A stretch of 64,000 nucleotides of DNA, from IMG/VR virus record IMGVR_UViG_2061766007_000501. One strand, given 5' to 3'. The stretch is from an uncultured virus (IMG/VR IMGVR_UViG_2061766007_000501). Its lineage: Duplodnaviria; Heunggongvirae; Uroviricota; Caudoviricetes. A program made the position numbers and the translations under genes. The notes under the pieces were generated by a model, which worked only from the letters and a program-made list of their open reading frames with translations, was not told where the DNA came from and made no database searches. Positions 18,461 to 28,280 of this stretch are shown piece by piece; position 1 is the stretch's first letter, and every line of letters starts with the position of its first letter.

Positions 18461-20425
18461 ATGAAGAAGGACAGAATAAGACCGATGAGCCGGGTTAAGC
18501 CCGATACGATGGAGATGGATTCCTTGAAGGAGTCCAAGAAGCTGGGTGACCGCAGGGCGTTCGAGGTTCTGCTTGCAGCGCAGCTATGCTGGAGCAACAT
18601 GGACAGGTTCCGCAAGGAGCGTGAGCGCAACAAGCGATACGCATACGGTGAGCAATGGAAGGACATTGTGTGTGTGGATGGCGAGAGCATGACCGAGGAG
18701 GAGTACATCATGAAGCAGGGCAGCGTGCCATTGAAGCAGAACCTTATTCGCAGATTGGTGCGTGCAGTCCTGGGTGTCTATCGTGGTCAGGACACCGAGC
18801 CCATCTGCAGGGCACGTGACCGCAACGAGCAGAAGATGGGTGAGACACTCACGACACTGTTGCAGTACAATAACCAGACCAACCGCATGAAGGAGGTCAA
18901 TGCACGCTCGATGGAGGAATACCTCATTTCTGGCTTTATTATGCAGCGCAAGTGGTACGGATGGCGCAATGACCGGCTGGACTGCTGGACGGACTATGTG
19001 CAGCCTAATAATGCCTTTGTGGACAGCAACATGCGTGACTTCCGTGGCTGGGACTGCTCACTCATCGGTGAAGTGCATGACGTATCGTTCAATACAGTAG
19101 TGGGTAAATGGGCGCACAGTGCTGCTGACTACAACAAGCTGGCTCAGATATATGCACCCCAGCGCAGGACGAAGGCCTACATGATGGATCATGCAGAAGA
19201 GTTTGGTTTCTCACGTCTGGAGAACTATGATTTCCTGCTTACGTCCGACCCGACAAGGTGCCGTGTGATTGAGGTGTGGCGGCAGGAGAGTAAGCCACGC
19301 TATCGTTGTCACGACTACAACACAGGCGAGGTGTTCAAGTGCGAGATTCAGGATAAGCCCGTCATGGTGGATGCCGTGAACGCAGACCGTCTGCAGCGAG
19401 GGCTGGAGGCAGGCATGAACCCCGATGACATCCCGATGATAACATCCGAATGGTTTGAGGATAATTATTGGTATTACTATTTCCTTACTCCGTTTGGAGA
19501 TATCCTTGACGAAGGTGAAAGCCCATACGCACACAAGAGCCACCCTTATGTATTCAAGTGCTATCCTTATATTGACGGGGAGATACACAGCTTCGTCAGC
19601 GATGTGATAGACCAGCAGCGATACACCAACCGACTCATCACGATGTACGACTGGATTATGAGGGCATCTGCCAAGGGTGTGCTTCTGGTACCCGAAGACA
19701 GTATTCCTGACGGTATGAGCATTGAGGACTTTGCCGAGGAGTGGCACAGGTTCAACGGTGTGATTGCGTATAAGGCCAAGGCAGGTGTGGCAGCACCACA
19801 GCAGATTGCCAACAATGCCACAAACATTGGTATTGCAGAGCTGCTTAACTTGCAGCTTCAGTTCTTCCAAGACATTTCAGGTGTAAATGGCCCCCTGCAG
19901 GGACAGGCAGACTATTCAGGTCAGAGTAATGCCATGTACCAGCAACAGACAAGCAATGCCATGACCACATTGCTGGATATCACTGAAAGCTTTGAGGGAT
20001 TCTTGACCGATGCTGCGTACAAGGATGCAAAGAACATCCAGCAGTTCTACGATGATCGTATGATTATGAACATTGCTGGTGATACGGCAGGCGATATACA
20101 GGACGTGCACGACAAGCTGCACGACATCGAGTTCGACATGTCAATCATCCAGTCAACCACATCGCCTGTTTACCGTGCTATGGGCAACCAGTTCCTGATG
20201 CAGGTATGGCAGGCAGGACAGATAACGCTGGAGCAGATGTTAGAGAATGGTGACTTCCCGTTTGCCGACAGCCTGCTGCAGAGCATCCGAACGCAGAACG
20301 AGCAGATGGCACAGGGGCAGATGCCGCAGGGCATCGACCCGCAGCTGATGGCTCAGGCGCAGCAGGGTGCCGACATGAATGCAGTCAACAGGGCATATAA
20401 CATGATTAAGGGGACAGTAGCATGA
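18461..20425 (+). CDS. Portal protein (P22-like)
   Basis: 654 aa; YAYGEQW, NLIRRLV, SFVSDVIDQQRYTN, ISGVN; Gln-rich tail. Confidence 0.85.
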   Translation: MKKDRIRPMSRVKPDTMEMDSLKESKKLGDRRAFEVLLAAQLCWSNMDRFRKERERNKRYAYGEQWKDIVCVDGESMTEEEYIMKQGSVPLKQNLIRRLVRAVLGVYRGQDTEPICRARDRNEQKMGETLTTLLQYNNQTNRMKEVNARSMEEYLISGFIMQRKWYGWRNDRLDCWTDYVQPNNAFVDSNMRDFRGWDCSLIGEVHDVSFNTVVGKWAHSAADYNKLAQIYAPQRRTKAYMMDHAEEFGFSRLENYDFLLTSDPTRCRVIEVWRQESKPRYRCHDYNTGEVFKCEIQDKPVMVDAVNADRLQRGLEAGMNPDDIPMITSEWFEDNYWYYYFLTPFGDILDEGESPYAHKSHPYVFKCYPYIDGEIHSFVSDVIDQQRYTNRLITMYDWIMRASAKGVLLVPEDSIPDGMSIEDFAEEWHRFNGVIAYKAKAGVAAPQQIANNATNIGIAELLNLQLQFFQDISGVNGPLQGQADYSGQSNAMYQQQTSNAMTTLLDITESFEGFLTDAAYKDAKNIQQFYDDRMIMNIAGDTAGDIQDVHDKLHDIEFDMSIIQSTTSPVYRAMGNQFLMQVWQAGQITLEQMLENGDFPFADSLLQSIRTQNEQMAQGQMPQGIDPQLMAQAQQGADMNAVNRAYNMIKGTVA

Positions 20426-23112
20426 ATCAAATTAAGGAAATAATATACGATGGTTATACGACCGTGCCATCGGACTATGAGTGTCCCGATGGTGACCTGG
20501 CATTGGCAACTGGCGTGCTGCCTGAGGATGGCACGCTGAAGCCCGTGCTGCCTGCTGCAGTAAGGTTTACGCTGCCCGTGGGCTGCAAGGTAGTGTATAT
20601 CCATGCCACCAGTCAGATGGCTCATTACATCATCAGTTGTTATAGGCGAAATACTCCTCCTGATGACCCAGACTACAAATTCTACTGGATTAACAAGGCA
20701 GATGCGGATAGTGCAACAGAGCCGATTTTAATAGGTGACCTTTCAGAGATTCCAGGAGAGGCCTATCTGAGCTACAACACCATCAATGCCGTTGGCAATA
20801 CGCTGATGATAATGGATTTCCACGGCATCAACTATTATCTGTGGAACGGAACAGTTTACAAGTACCTGGGCAATCACATCCCGGAACTGCCGATTCGCTT
20901 TGGCCTGAACTGCGATATGGAGAAAAGCATGGTGTATTCAAGGGTATTTGCAGACGTTGTGCCTGTGCAGGAAGCGGAAGAGGGATTGACCAACGACAAT
21001 AAGGATACGTTTACAACCGAGATACTTGGCAAGGTCAACAAGTTCATACGTGAGCAGGCAAACAGGACAGGTAAGTTCATGTATCCTTTTCTGGTCAGGT
21101 ATGCCTATCGCATGTATGACCAGCAGCTCACCATGCACTCCGCTCCGATACTCATGGTTGCCTCTTCTGACGTTTCACCCATAGTACCGGCTCTTAACAT
21201 TGTCAAGGTGGACGGTATGGTTATGATGCTGGAATATCAGGTTGCGGCAGTTCTCAGCCAGCTGAAATTCCAAGTGATGGACGGTTCGGATATTACGGAG
21301 CTGGAGAAATGGGGGGATATCATCAAGAGCGTTGACATATTTATATCGGCACCTATATACACCTATAACCAGAGTGGTTATGTCGAAAAGATGTATGTGG
21401 ATTACCACAATACGTACACGGACAGCTTCAGCGTTGGAGAATATATGGGCAACAATGAATTTACTAGAAGGTTTGCCGGGATGATGTATGAGGCCAAGTA
21501 TGAGACCACATTGGATGATGTAGTTCCAATCCCTAAGTTCAGTGCGGAAGCCGTAAAGGGTAAGATACGTGACTGCCATGACTTCTACCTGCTGACATCA
21601 GTGAAAGTAGATAACCTTGATACCAACTGGAATACGATATCCGTAGAAGAGGATTATCTTGATTCACTCCAGACACGTGAGGTGATGACGGATGATTATG
21701 ACAGCCATGACAACCTGATACCCGATTATTCGTACAACTACAATTCCAGACTCAATATAGCCAATATCACCAAGGAACTTTTCAGGGGTTTTGAACCCGG
21801 AGCAATGATGGGCTATACTTATAAAGAAAATTACACGTCAAACTGGGTGTCCTATGTTCACATCAAGCAAGATTACAAGGAAATCGTTGTGCGGAGTGAC
21901 AGTTCAGTTCTTTTGGCAGACAATCCTGTTCTGATGCTCTACTATCCCAATCCCAATGCGTATAAAATTACATTGTATAACGGCATAACACGCAAGGAAT
22001 ATCCGTTAGAAGCGCATGACTTTTTGAACGGAGCCTTCTACTTCCAGGGTTGGGATTATGGTGGCACGACTGTTTACGACTCTCCTGCGGTAACTTCAGA
22101 CAAAACGGTGAACATGCCCAACAAGATTTACACCTCAGAAGTCAACAATCCGTTCCTTTTCCTTTCTTCTGGCGTGAATACGGTAGGTATAGGGGAGATT
22201 AAAGGAATGGCTTCAGCAGTTCGTCCTTTGTCCGAAGGGCAGTTTGGCGATTTCCCGATGTATGCCTTTTCAACAGAGGGTGTTTGGGCATTAAAGGCAA
22301 AGCCGGATGGTACGTTCGTCACGTCACAACCAGTGACCCGTGACGTAATAATTAACCCTGAAAGCCTTACGCAGCTTGACTCTGCCGTGCTGTTTAGCAC
22401 AGAGAGGGGTATCATGCTGATATCGGGCAGCAACAGCAAGTGCATCAGTGACAACCTGCAGACCGACCAGACGTTTGAGATAAATATGTTGCCGCCTGTG
22501 GCAGGGCAGGGTGAGACGAACAAGATACTGGCTTTGGCAGGATTGAGTGCCGATGAGACAACCATACTGCCGTTCAAGGAGTTTTTGCAGACCTGCCGGA
22601 TGCTCTACGACTACACGGGTCAGCGAATCATAGTCTATCACCCCGACCAGCGATATGCCTATGTGTATTCGCTAAAGACAAACAAGTGGGGCATGGCACC
22701 CTCCAACATTCAGAGCGGATTTAATTCCTATCCTGAGGCATTGGTCAATTCAAGCGGTGACGATGAGGTGGTGGTTGAGGACTGGAGCAATCCCGATGAG
22801 GCTGCCGAGTCAAACGGGCTGATAGTGACCAGACCGCTGAAGCTTGACCATCCGAACGACATGAAGACCATCCGCACCATCGTGCAGCGAGGCAAGTTCG
22901 CCAAGGGGAATGTCAAGCAGATCCTGTGGGGAAGCCGTGACCTCATGCACTGGTATCTTGTAGGGAGCAGCGTTGACCACTACCTGCGTGGCATCAGCGG
23001 TACGCCATACAAGTACTTTAGGTTGGGCTTGCCTGTAAGCCTACCTGACGGGGAAAGCCTATATGGGTGTACGGTGATGTACGAAGTCAAGGAAACGAAC
23101 AAGCTAAGATGA
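20422..23112 (+). CDS. Tail nozzle/stabilization protein
   Basis: 896 aa beta-rich; NKIYTSEVNNPF, LSEGQFGDFPMYAFSTEGVWAL. Confidence 0.7.
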   Translation: MNQIKEIIYDGYTTVPSDYECPDGDLALATGVLPEDGTLKPVLPAAVRFTLPVGCKVVYIHATSQMAHYIISCYRRNTPPDDPDYKFYWINKADADSATEPILIGDLSEIPGEAYLSYNTINAVGNTLMIMDFHGINYYLWNGTVYKYLGNHIPELPIRFGLNCDMEKSMVYSRVFADVVPVQEAEEGLTNDNKDTFTTEILGKVNKFIREQANRTGKFMYPFLVRYAYRMYDQQLTMHSAPILMVASSDVSPIVPALNIVKVDGMVMMLEYQVAAVLSQLKFQVMDGSDITELEKWGDIIKSVDIFISAPIYTYNQSGYVEKMYVDYHNTYTDSFSVGEYMGNNEFTRRFAGMMYEAKYETTLDDVVPIPKFSAEAVKGKIRDCHDFYLLTSVKVDNLDTNWNTISVEEDYLDSLQTREVMTDDYDSHDNLIPDYSYNYNSRLNIANITKELFRGFEPGAMMGYTYKENYTSNWVSYVHIKQDYKEIVVRSDSSVLLADNPVLMLYYPNPNAYKITLYNGITRKEYPLEAHDFLNGAFYFQGWDYGGTTVYDSPAVTSDKTVNMPNKIYTSEVNNPFLFLSSGVNTVGIGEIKGMASAVRPLSEGQFGDFPMYAFSTEGVWALKAKPDGTFVTSQPVTRDVIINPESLTQLDSAVLFSTERGIMLISGSNSKCISDNLQTDQTFEINMLPPVAGQGETNKILALAGLSADETTILPFKEFLQTCRMLYDYTGQRIIVYHPDQRYAYVYSLKTNKWGMAPSNIQSGFNSYPEALVNSSGDDEVVVEDWSNPDEAAESNGLIVTRPLKLDHPNDMKTIRTIVQRGKFAKGNVKQILWGSRDLMHWYLVGSSVDHYLRGISGTPYKYFRLGLPVSLPDGESLYGCTVMYEVKETNKLR

Positions 23113-23241
23113 CAATTTCTTCTTCATAATTCTCTAACTGATGTTTTTGTTTTTTCCATTTGAAAAGGGTGCCTGGCTTCACAGCTGGACACCCTTTGTC
23201 GTTGATAATATAAAAAAACGAAATCCCATGAAAAACACTTG

Positions 23242-23988
23242 TCAAGTCTCTAACATCTGCTGTGCCGTTGCCAGCAGATGGCTGGCAGCTTCGCTCTGTG
23301 CCAGTGTCAGTGCAGTCAGGTAGGCTGCATAGTACACTACAGGGTCGTGCAGCAGCTGTGGTATGTCAATCACATATTCCGTGGTGGTGTTAGGTGCTGT
23401 GCCTGTTACCTCCGTTCTTATGACGGGCAGCGGCATATACCTGGCCATGTCCACCGTTGCACTGTCATCCACCACCTGCTGCTGGTCATTGGTGGTTGTT
23501 GTATGCCTGCTGGAGAAAAACTCCAGGCGCAACCCTTCGTCATCGCCAGTGATGGCTACCACGGGCTGGTGCTGGTTACCCCTAAGTCCCGCAAACGGAC
23601 TGAATTGCACCTGATACTGTGGGTCAATCTCAGTTATGTGGGTATATGCGGCATGATCCCAATCACTCATCTTGTAGCTCATGAAGCGCAGGAAGTCGTT
23701 GGGCAGCCTGACTGAGCCGCCTACACAGGTACCTGTGCCGTACCAAGTGATGGTATCGCCTGCCGTGTCAGGTGGTGATGGAGGCGTGAAGAATGCCTTG
23801 CCACTGCCCAGCATTCGCATCGGTGCCAGCTGTATGATGATGCGTGCCGCAATGGGTATGCGGCTCTCGATGATTTCTTCTACCGTGAGGGTGTCGATAT
23901 CCTCGTCCGTGATAAGCTGCGTGCTAACGTGGTTTTCATCCAATGCCTTGCGGATGTCAACCTTTAGATCAGAAATGTTGTAATCCAT
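23242..23988 (-). CDS. Probable head-tail adaptor protein
   Basis: 248 aa; LPNDFLRF, IDIPQLLHDPVVYYAA. Confidence 0.55.
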   Translation of the reverse strand: MDYNISDLKVDIRKALDENHVSTQLITDEDIDTLTVEEIIESRIPIAARIIIQLAPMRMLGSGKAFFTPPSPPDTAGDTITWYGTGTCVGGSVRLPNDFLRFMSYKMSDWDHAAYTHITEIDPQYQVQFSPFAGLRGNQHQPVVAITGDDEGLRLEFFSSRHTTTTNDQQQVVDDSATVDMARYMPLPVIRTEVTGTAPNTTTEYVIDIPQLLHDPVVYYAAYLTALTLAQSEAASHLLATAQQMLET

Positions 23989-23991
23989 ATC

Positions 23992-24282
23992 TTATTTCTC
24001 CTTTGGTTTGGAAAGTTCGATTAATGCGTCTTCAATGGTCTTTGTCTTCTCGTCTGCTTCGGTGAAGGCAACTGCCTGCATCTTTGGCATGACATACTGC
24101 ATCATCTTCTCAGCGATGTAAAGCCTGTCCTTGGGAGTCACGTCTGACGAATAGAAGTCTTCCCTCAGCTGACCAGACTCCTGGTAATCTGCCAGCAGCT
24201 CTGCAATGGCCGCCTTGGTGATGGATGACACCTTGTTGGGCGTGCCAGCAACCCTGCCTCCGTATTTCTTTCCTTTCGGCAT
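23992..24282 (-). CDS. Terminase small subunit-like protein
   Basis: KKYGGRVAGTPNK motif, YVMPKMQAV. Confidence 0.65.
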   Translation of the reverse strand: MPKGKKYGGRVAGTPNKVSSITKAAIAELLADYQESGQLREDFYSSDVTPKDRLYIAEKMMQYVMPKMQAVAFTEADEKTKTIEDALIELSKPKEK

Positions 24283-24293
24283 AAATCATTAAT

Positions 24294-24359
24294 GTTAATG
24301 GATAATGTTACAGGGCAAAGATAAGGTCTTACTTTTGCGAGAAAAGATTATCCATTAAC
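24294..24359. promoter_or_regulatory. Divergent pair of phage late promoters
   Basis: GTTAATGGATAA on each strand, each 24 nt from a TAnnTTTG box. Confidence 0.75.
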
Positions 24360-24375
24360 TAAAAAAGAATAAGAT

Positions 24376-25029
24376 ATGGCAATACCAGCAGCAGTGCCTA
24401 TTATAGCAGGAGGAGTTAAGTTACTTGGAAGCTTGTTCGGTGGTTCAAAGGCCAGTCAGGCAATGAAGAACTATCGCAACAACATCAATAACCAACTCAC
24501 GGAAAACCAGAATTGGTATGACCGGAGATATAACGAGGATTTCACACAACGTGCGGATGCCCAGCGTATGCTTACCATGACGGAAGACGCAATCAGGAAA
24601 CGCAACAAAGCGGCCGCAGGTACCCAGGCAGTGATGGGTGGCAACGAGGCGAGCGTAGCTGCAGCCAAGGAAGCCAATAATCAGGCAACATCGGATGTGG
24701 CGGCACGTATCGTGGCAGCCGGAGAGCAGCGTAAAGACCAGATAGAAAGCCAGTATAAGCAGACAAAGCAGAATCTGCAAAACCAACTGAACAACCTGGA
24801 GTACCAAAAGGCTATGAACACGGCACAGGCTATTCAGGGTGTTGGCAATGCGGCTGGCGATATCATCGGTGCATTTGGTGGAAGCAGTGATTACGGTAAT
24901 GACATCTGGAGTAGGGGCGGTTATAAGAAATACGTACCAGGTGAAATGCCGTGGGCTGATGCAAGTATGTCCTCTAAAGACCTTAAAGACGATATGGCTC
25001 GCATCCGCAATAATGCGTTTAAACTATAA
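24376..25029 (+). CDS. Ejection/pilot protein
   Basis: Gly/Ala hydrophobic ends, Gln/Asn coiled coil. Confidence 0.65.
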   Translation: MAIPAAVPIIAGGVKLLGSLFGGSKASQAMKNYRNNINNQLTENQNWYDRRYNEDFTQRADAQRMLTMTEDAIRKRNKAAAGTQAVMGGNEASVAAAKEANNQATSDVAARIVAAGEQRKDQIESQYKQTKQNLQNQLNNLEYQKAMNTAQAIQGVGNAAGDIIGAFGGSSDYGNDIWSRGGYKKYVPGEMPWADASMSSKDLKDDMARIRNNAFKL

Positions 25030-25231
25030 TGATTTTTTTCCTTGTGACATATTCATTTTTTTTAGTTTTTTAATTCTATAATAGCGAAGGTGGATTTAAC
25101 ATAGTATTAGTTTAAGGTTATTCATTTGGCTGGTGATGCTGCGAAGCATTGTCAGCCTTTCTTTTATGGATTAACGGATAATGCTGATGTGATGAGGCTG
25201 ACTTTACCTTTGCAGGAAAAACCATAGGACT

Positions 25232-26878
25232 ATGCAGATATTTGACAAAAAAACCATTGAATACCTGATGAAGCTGTTCAAGGGCGTGATATTCACCCCT
25301 GACGGTAACCTGGACGTGGAGCATGAAGGGGCTGACCCTTCCCATGTGCGTGTGAAGAACGATGTAGGCCAGCTCGACCTGCTGGTGGATGAAATCGGTG
25401 ACCGAGGATTGTACGACACCACCGAATACGAGACGGGATGGCTCATCAAGACGGATGGCCTTGACACCTATATGAACAAGGGTGACGTGAAGGCCGCAAA
25501 CAGCATAGAGGCTGGCGTGCATATCTCTGCAGTCGGTGACATTACGGCTGGCAGGGATGCAAGCGTTGGCCAAGACCTAACGGTCACAAGGGACATATCG
25601 GCAGGCAGGAACATAACGGCTACTGGTAACGTGGGTGCAGATCAGGATGTGGCGGTAGGAAGGAACGTATCCGCAACAGGCAATGTGTCTGCAGGGTTGG
25701 ATGTGTCTGCCACAAGAAACATATCTGCCACGGGCAACAATAGTGCCATTACATCTGGAGGCACCATCACGGCAGCTGGGGATATATCGTCATCAGGTGG
25801 AGATATTACAGCATACGGAGATGTGACTGCAGGAGGTGATGTTAAAGCTACAGGAGACTTGTTAGGAGTTAACATATCTGCAACGGGAAATATAGAGGCA
25901 GATGGTAACGTGTCAGTAGATGGCACTATTACGGCTGGCGGGAATATTACAGGAGCGGGTTTTGTTGTTCCTGGCGTAACAAGCCCAAGTACCAAGTTTC
26001 TTTTGGCTGACGGTGGTGTGGACAGCTATGGTAGGGGATGGTACATGAAGAGAGGCAGTGCTTATACGAGCAATTTGCAATCAGCGAGTGCTTCGTGTTG
26101 GTTGAAAGTTGCTTCAACTACAATAAATGGGACAATCACTAATGACGCAGCTGTTACATTCTTTGTAGGTGAGTATTATCTGCGTCATGGTAGCGGAATA
26201 CTAAAAGTGTCTTGCAGAAAGGATAGTGGAGCTTCTGTGATTAGCTCAGTGAAGACAAAGGCAGTATGGATTTGTCGAGATAGAGATGTTATTCCAGAAA
26301 ACTATGTAGTTACTGGTAAGGTAGTATCAAGCACACAAACAATTTTTAATGTTTATTGCAAATTATCAGGTCAATATAAAGTTCAACGATTTTCAATGTT
26401 GGATGAAGGAGGTTGGAATGCAAAAGCAAACTTATGGACTCTTTATAATTCAAAACCTCCAGTAGATAATATTTATTGTTTTTCTGATATTCCTTCAGAT
26501 GAAACTGCAATTCCGTCAGTAGATGAATCCTATGCTGCAACAGCTGGTGCCGTGGCGAGTCCTTCTGATGAAAGACTAAAAGATGTGAAGAGTAATGTAA
26601 AACTTGCAATCGAAGACATTGCAAATGCACCGTCTGTGTTATTCAAGTGGAAAGACAGGGAAGATGATAAGACTTATCTTGGCAGCATAGCCCAGTACTG
26701 GCAGAATATAGCACCGTGGGTTGTCAGTGAGGATAATGACGGGATGCTGTCACTCAACTATCCTGTACTGGCATTGGCCGCAGGGATACAGTGTGCAAGG
26801 GAAGTGGTGGATCTGAGCAAGGAGGTAGCCGAACTGAAGGAGCAGATAGCGGAGTTGCGGAAGCTTGTTAATGGATAA
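25232..26878 (+). CDS. Tail fiber with C-terminal intramolecular chaperone (peptidase S74)
   Basis: 6-residue beta-helix repeats (xSATGN), SDERLKD cleavage motif, C-terminal coiled coil. Confidence 0.85.
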   Translation: MQIFDKKTIEYLMKLFKGVIFTPDGNLDVEHEGADPSHVRVKNDVGQLDLLVDEIGDRGLYDTTEYETGWLIKTDGLDTYMNKGDVKAANSIEAGVHISAVGDITAGRDASVGQDLTVTRDISAGRNITATGNVGADQDVAVGRNVSATGNVSAGLDVSATRNISATGNNSAITSGGTITAAGDISSSGGDITAYGDVTAGGDVKATGDLLGVNISATGNIEADGNVSVDGTITAGGNITGAGFVVPGVTSPSTKFLLADGGVDSYGRGWYMKRGSAYTSNLQSASASCWLKVASTTINGTITNDAAVTFFVGEYYLRHGSGILKVSCRKDSGASVISSVKTKAVWICRDRDVIPENYVVTGKVVSSTQTIFNVYCKLSGQYKVQRFSMLDEGGWNAKANLWTLYNSKPPVDNIYCFSDIPSDETAIPSVDESYAATAGAVASPSDERLKDVKSNVKLAIEDIANAPSVLFKWKDREDDKTYLGSIAQYWQNIAPWVVSEDNDGMLSLNYPVLALAAGIQCAREVVDLSKEVAELKEQIAELRKLVNG

Positions 26879-26941
26879 TGCTTTGCAGTTTCAGGCACTT
26901 GTTATCTTTGGGCAATTATAACCAATAAATAAATCGAAAAA

Positions 26942-28276
26942 ATGACGTATGACAATTGGCAAGAGGCTGTAGCTGCCGAGGAGTCCAGGGCGATTGCAGC
27001 GGAGAACACCATCCAGACTAACCTCACGAACGAGGCTAACCGGGCATATGCTAAGGAGGATGAGCTGACGGAGGCGTTGGAACAACTGACGGAGACTGCC
27101 AGCAGTGAATTTAGTGATGTCAACCAGCGCATCACCAACGAGACAGGTCGTGCTGAGGCTGAGGAGGCGAGGATTGAAAGACGTGTTGACATCAACAAAT
27201 TCGGCTTCAATGTCACCGACATAATGCACCTGCAGACACCGATTGTGCTGGAGGAGGCAGTCACATACGTGCCTATGGAGGAGCGCAAGCCAGGCATGAA
27301 GATTACTTTCTGGACGAATGGCGGCTGGCAGACATGGCAGTTCTACCATTCGCTGGATGTGCGTTACTGGGCATTGCCTGAGTATTGGGAGCAGGAAGAG
27401 GGCATAACAACCAAGATACAGGATGATGCGGTGACCACACCGAAGATCAAGAACGGTGCAGTGACCAACGGGAAGATAGCTGACGGTGCGGTGAGTACGG
27501 ACAAGCTTGCCAACGGTGCGGTGACCACAAAGAAGGTGTCCAACGAGTTTGTGCGATACATCAAGGACGACATCCAGAACCAGATCGATGCCATCCAAAA
27601 AGGCGGCTGGGCAATCAGCAACGAGTTCGGCAATGACACGCATATCGGTATCTCGCAGAAGACTCTTACCGATGCCATCAACAAGTTGTGGGCAAAGCTA
27701 GAAGACATTACTGGCGAGGCGTTGCAGGGCATCAACATGGTTGTGACACCCGACTACTTTATATCTGAGGATGGTGCTACTGTACATATTACTGCCAATA
27801 CAGTTGAAACCAATGGCATATTTGAAAGCATTGCCTTCTATGCCAACGGTGTCAAGATCGCAAAGGCAAAGAATGTTGACTACTTTGAGTTTGAACATCA
27901 CATTGACGAGACAACGGTAATTGAATGTGTGGCAAAAATCATGGGTGTTGAATACACTCGTCAGCACATTGTGACACACTACAACAGCTTCTGGTTGGGT
28001 GCTGGTGCAACATACAATGACATTATGAATGTGAGCCATGTGATTCCAATTACCAATGGCATGCGTGGTGCTTACGATGTCAGCGTTGCCGCAGGTCAGC
28101 ATATCATTGTTATTGTAGGTGCTTCTTTGGCTGAAGGTTTCCTGCGTGCTGATATGAATGGCTTTGAGATACCATTTACTGAAACATCCATTGTCAAGGA
28201 CAATGTTACATACAGGGTGTTTACATCAGTGAACACATATAACGCTGGTACTTATAATATTGATATAAACGGATAG
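26942..28276 (+). CDS. Tail fiber/structural protein
   Basis: E..RA..AE coiled coil, IADGAVTT-type 10-aa repeats, ISQKTLT. Confidence 0.7.
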   Translation: MTYDNWQEAVAAEESRAIAAENTIQTNLTNEANRAYAKEDELTEALEQLTETASSEFSDVNQRITNETGRAEAEEARIERRVDINKFGFNVTDIMHLQTPIVLEEAVTYVPMEERKPGMKITFWTNGGWQTWQFYHSLDVRYWALPEYWEQEEGITTKIQDDAVTTPKIKNGAVTNGKIADGAVSTDKLANGAVTTKKVSNEFVRYIKDDIQNQIDAIQKGGWAISNEFGNDTHIGISQKTLTDAINKLWAKLEDITGEALQGINMVVTPDYFISEDGATVHITANTVETNGIFESIAFYANGVKIAKAKNVDYFEFEHHIDETTVIECVAKIMGVEYTRQHIVTHYNSFWLGAGATYNDIMNVSHVIPITNGMRGAYDVSVAAGQHIIVIVGASLAEGFLRADMNGFEIPFTETSIVKDNVTYRVFTSVNTYNAGTYNIDING

Positions 28277-28280
28277 GAAT

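Noticed and set aside
25500..25960. 18-nt periodic DNA repeats
   Set aside because: Explained by 6-residue beta-helix repeats of the tail fiber
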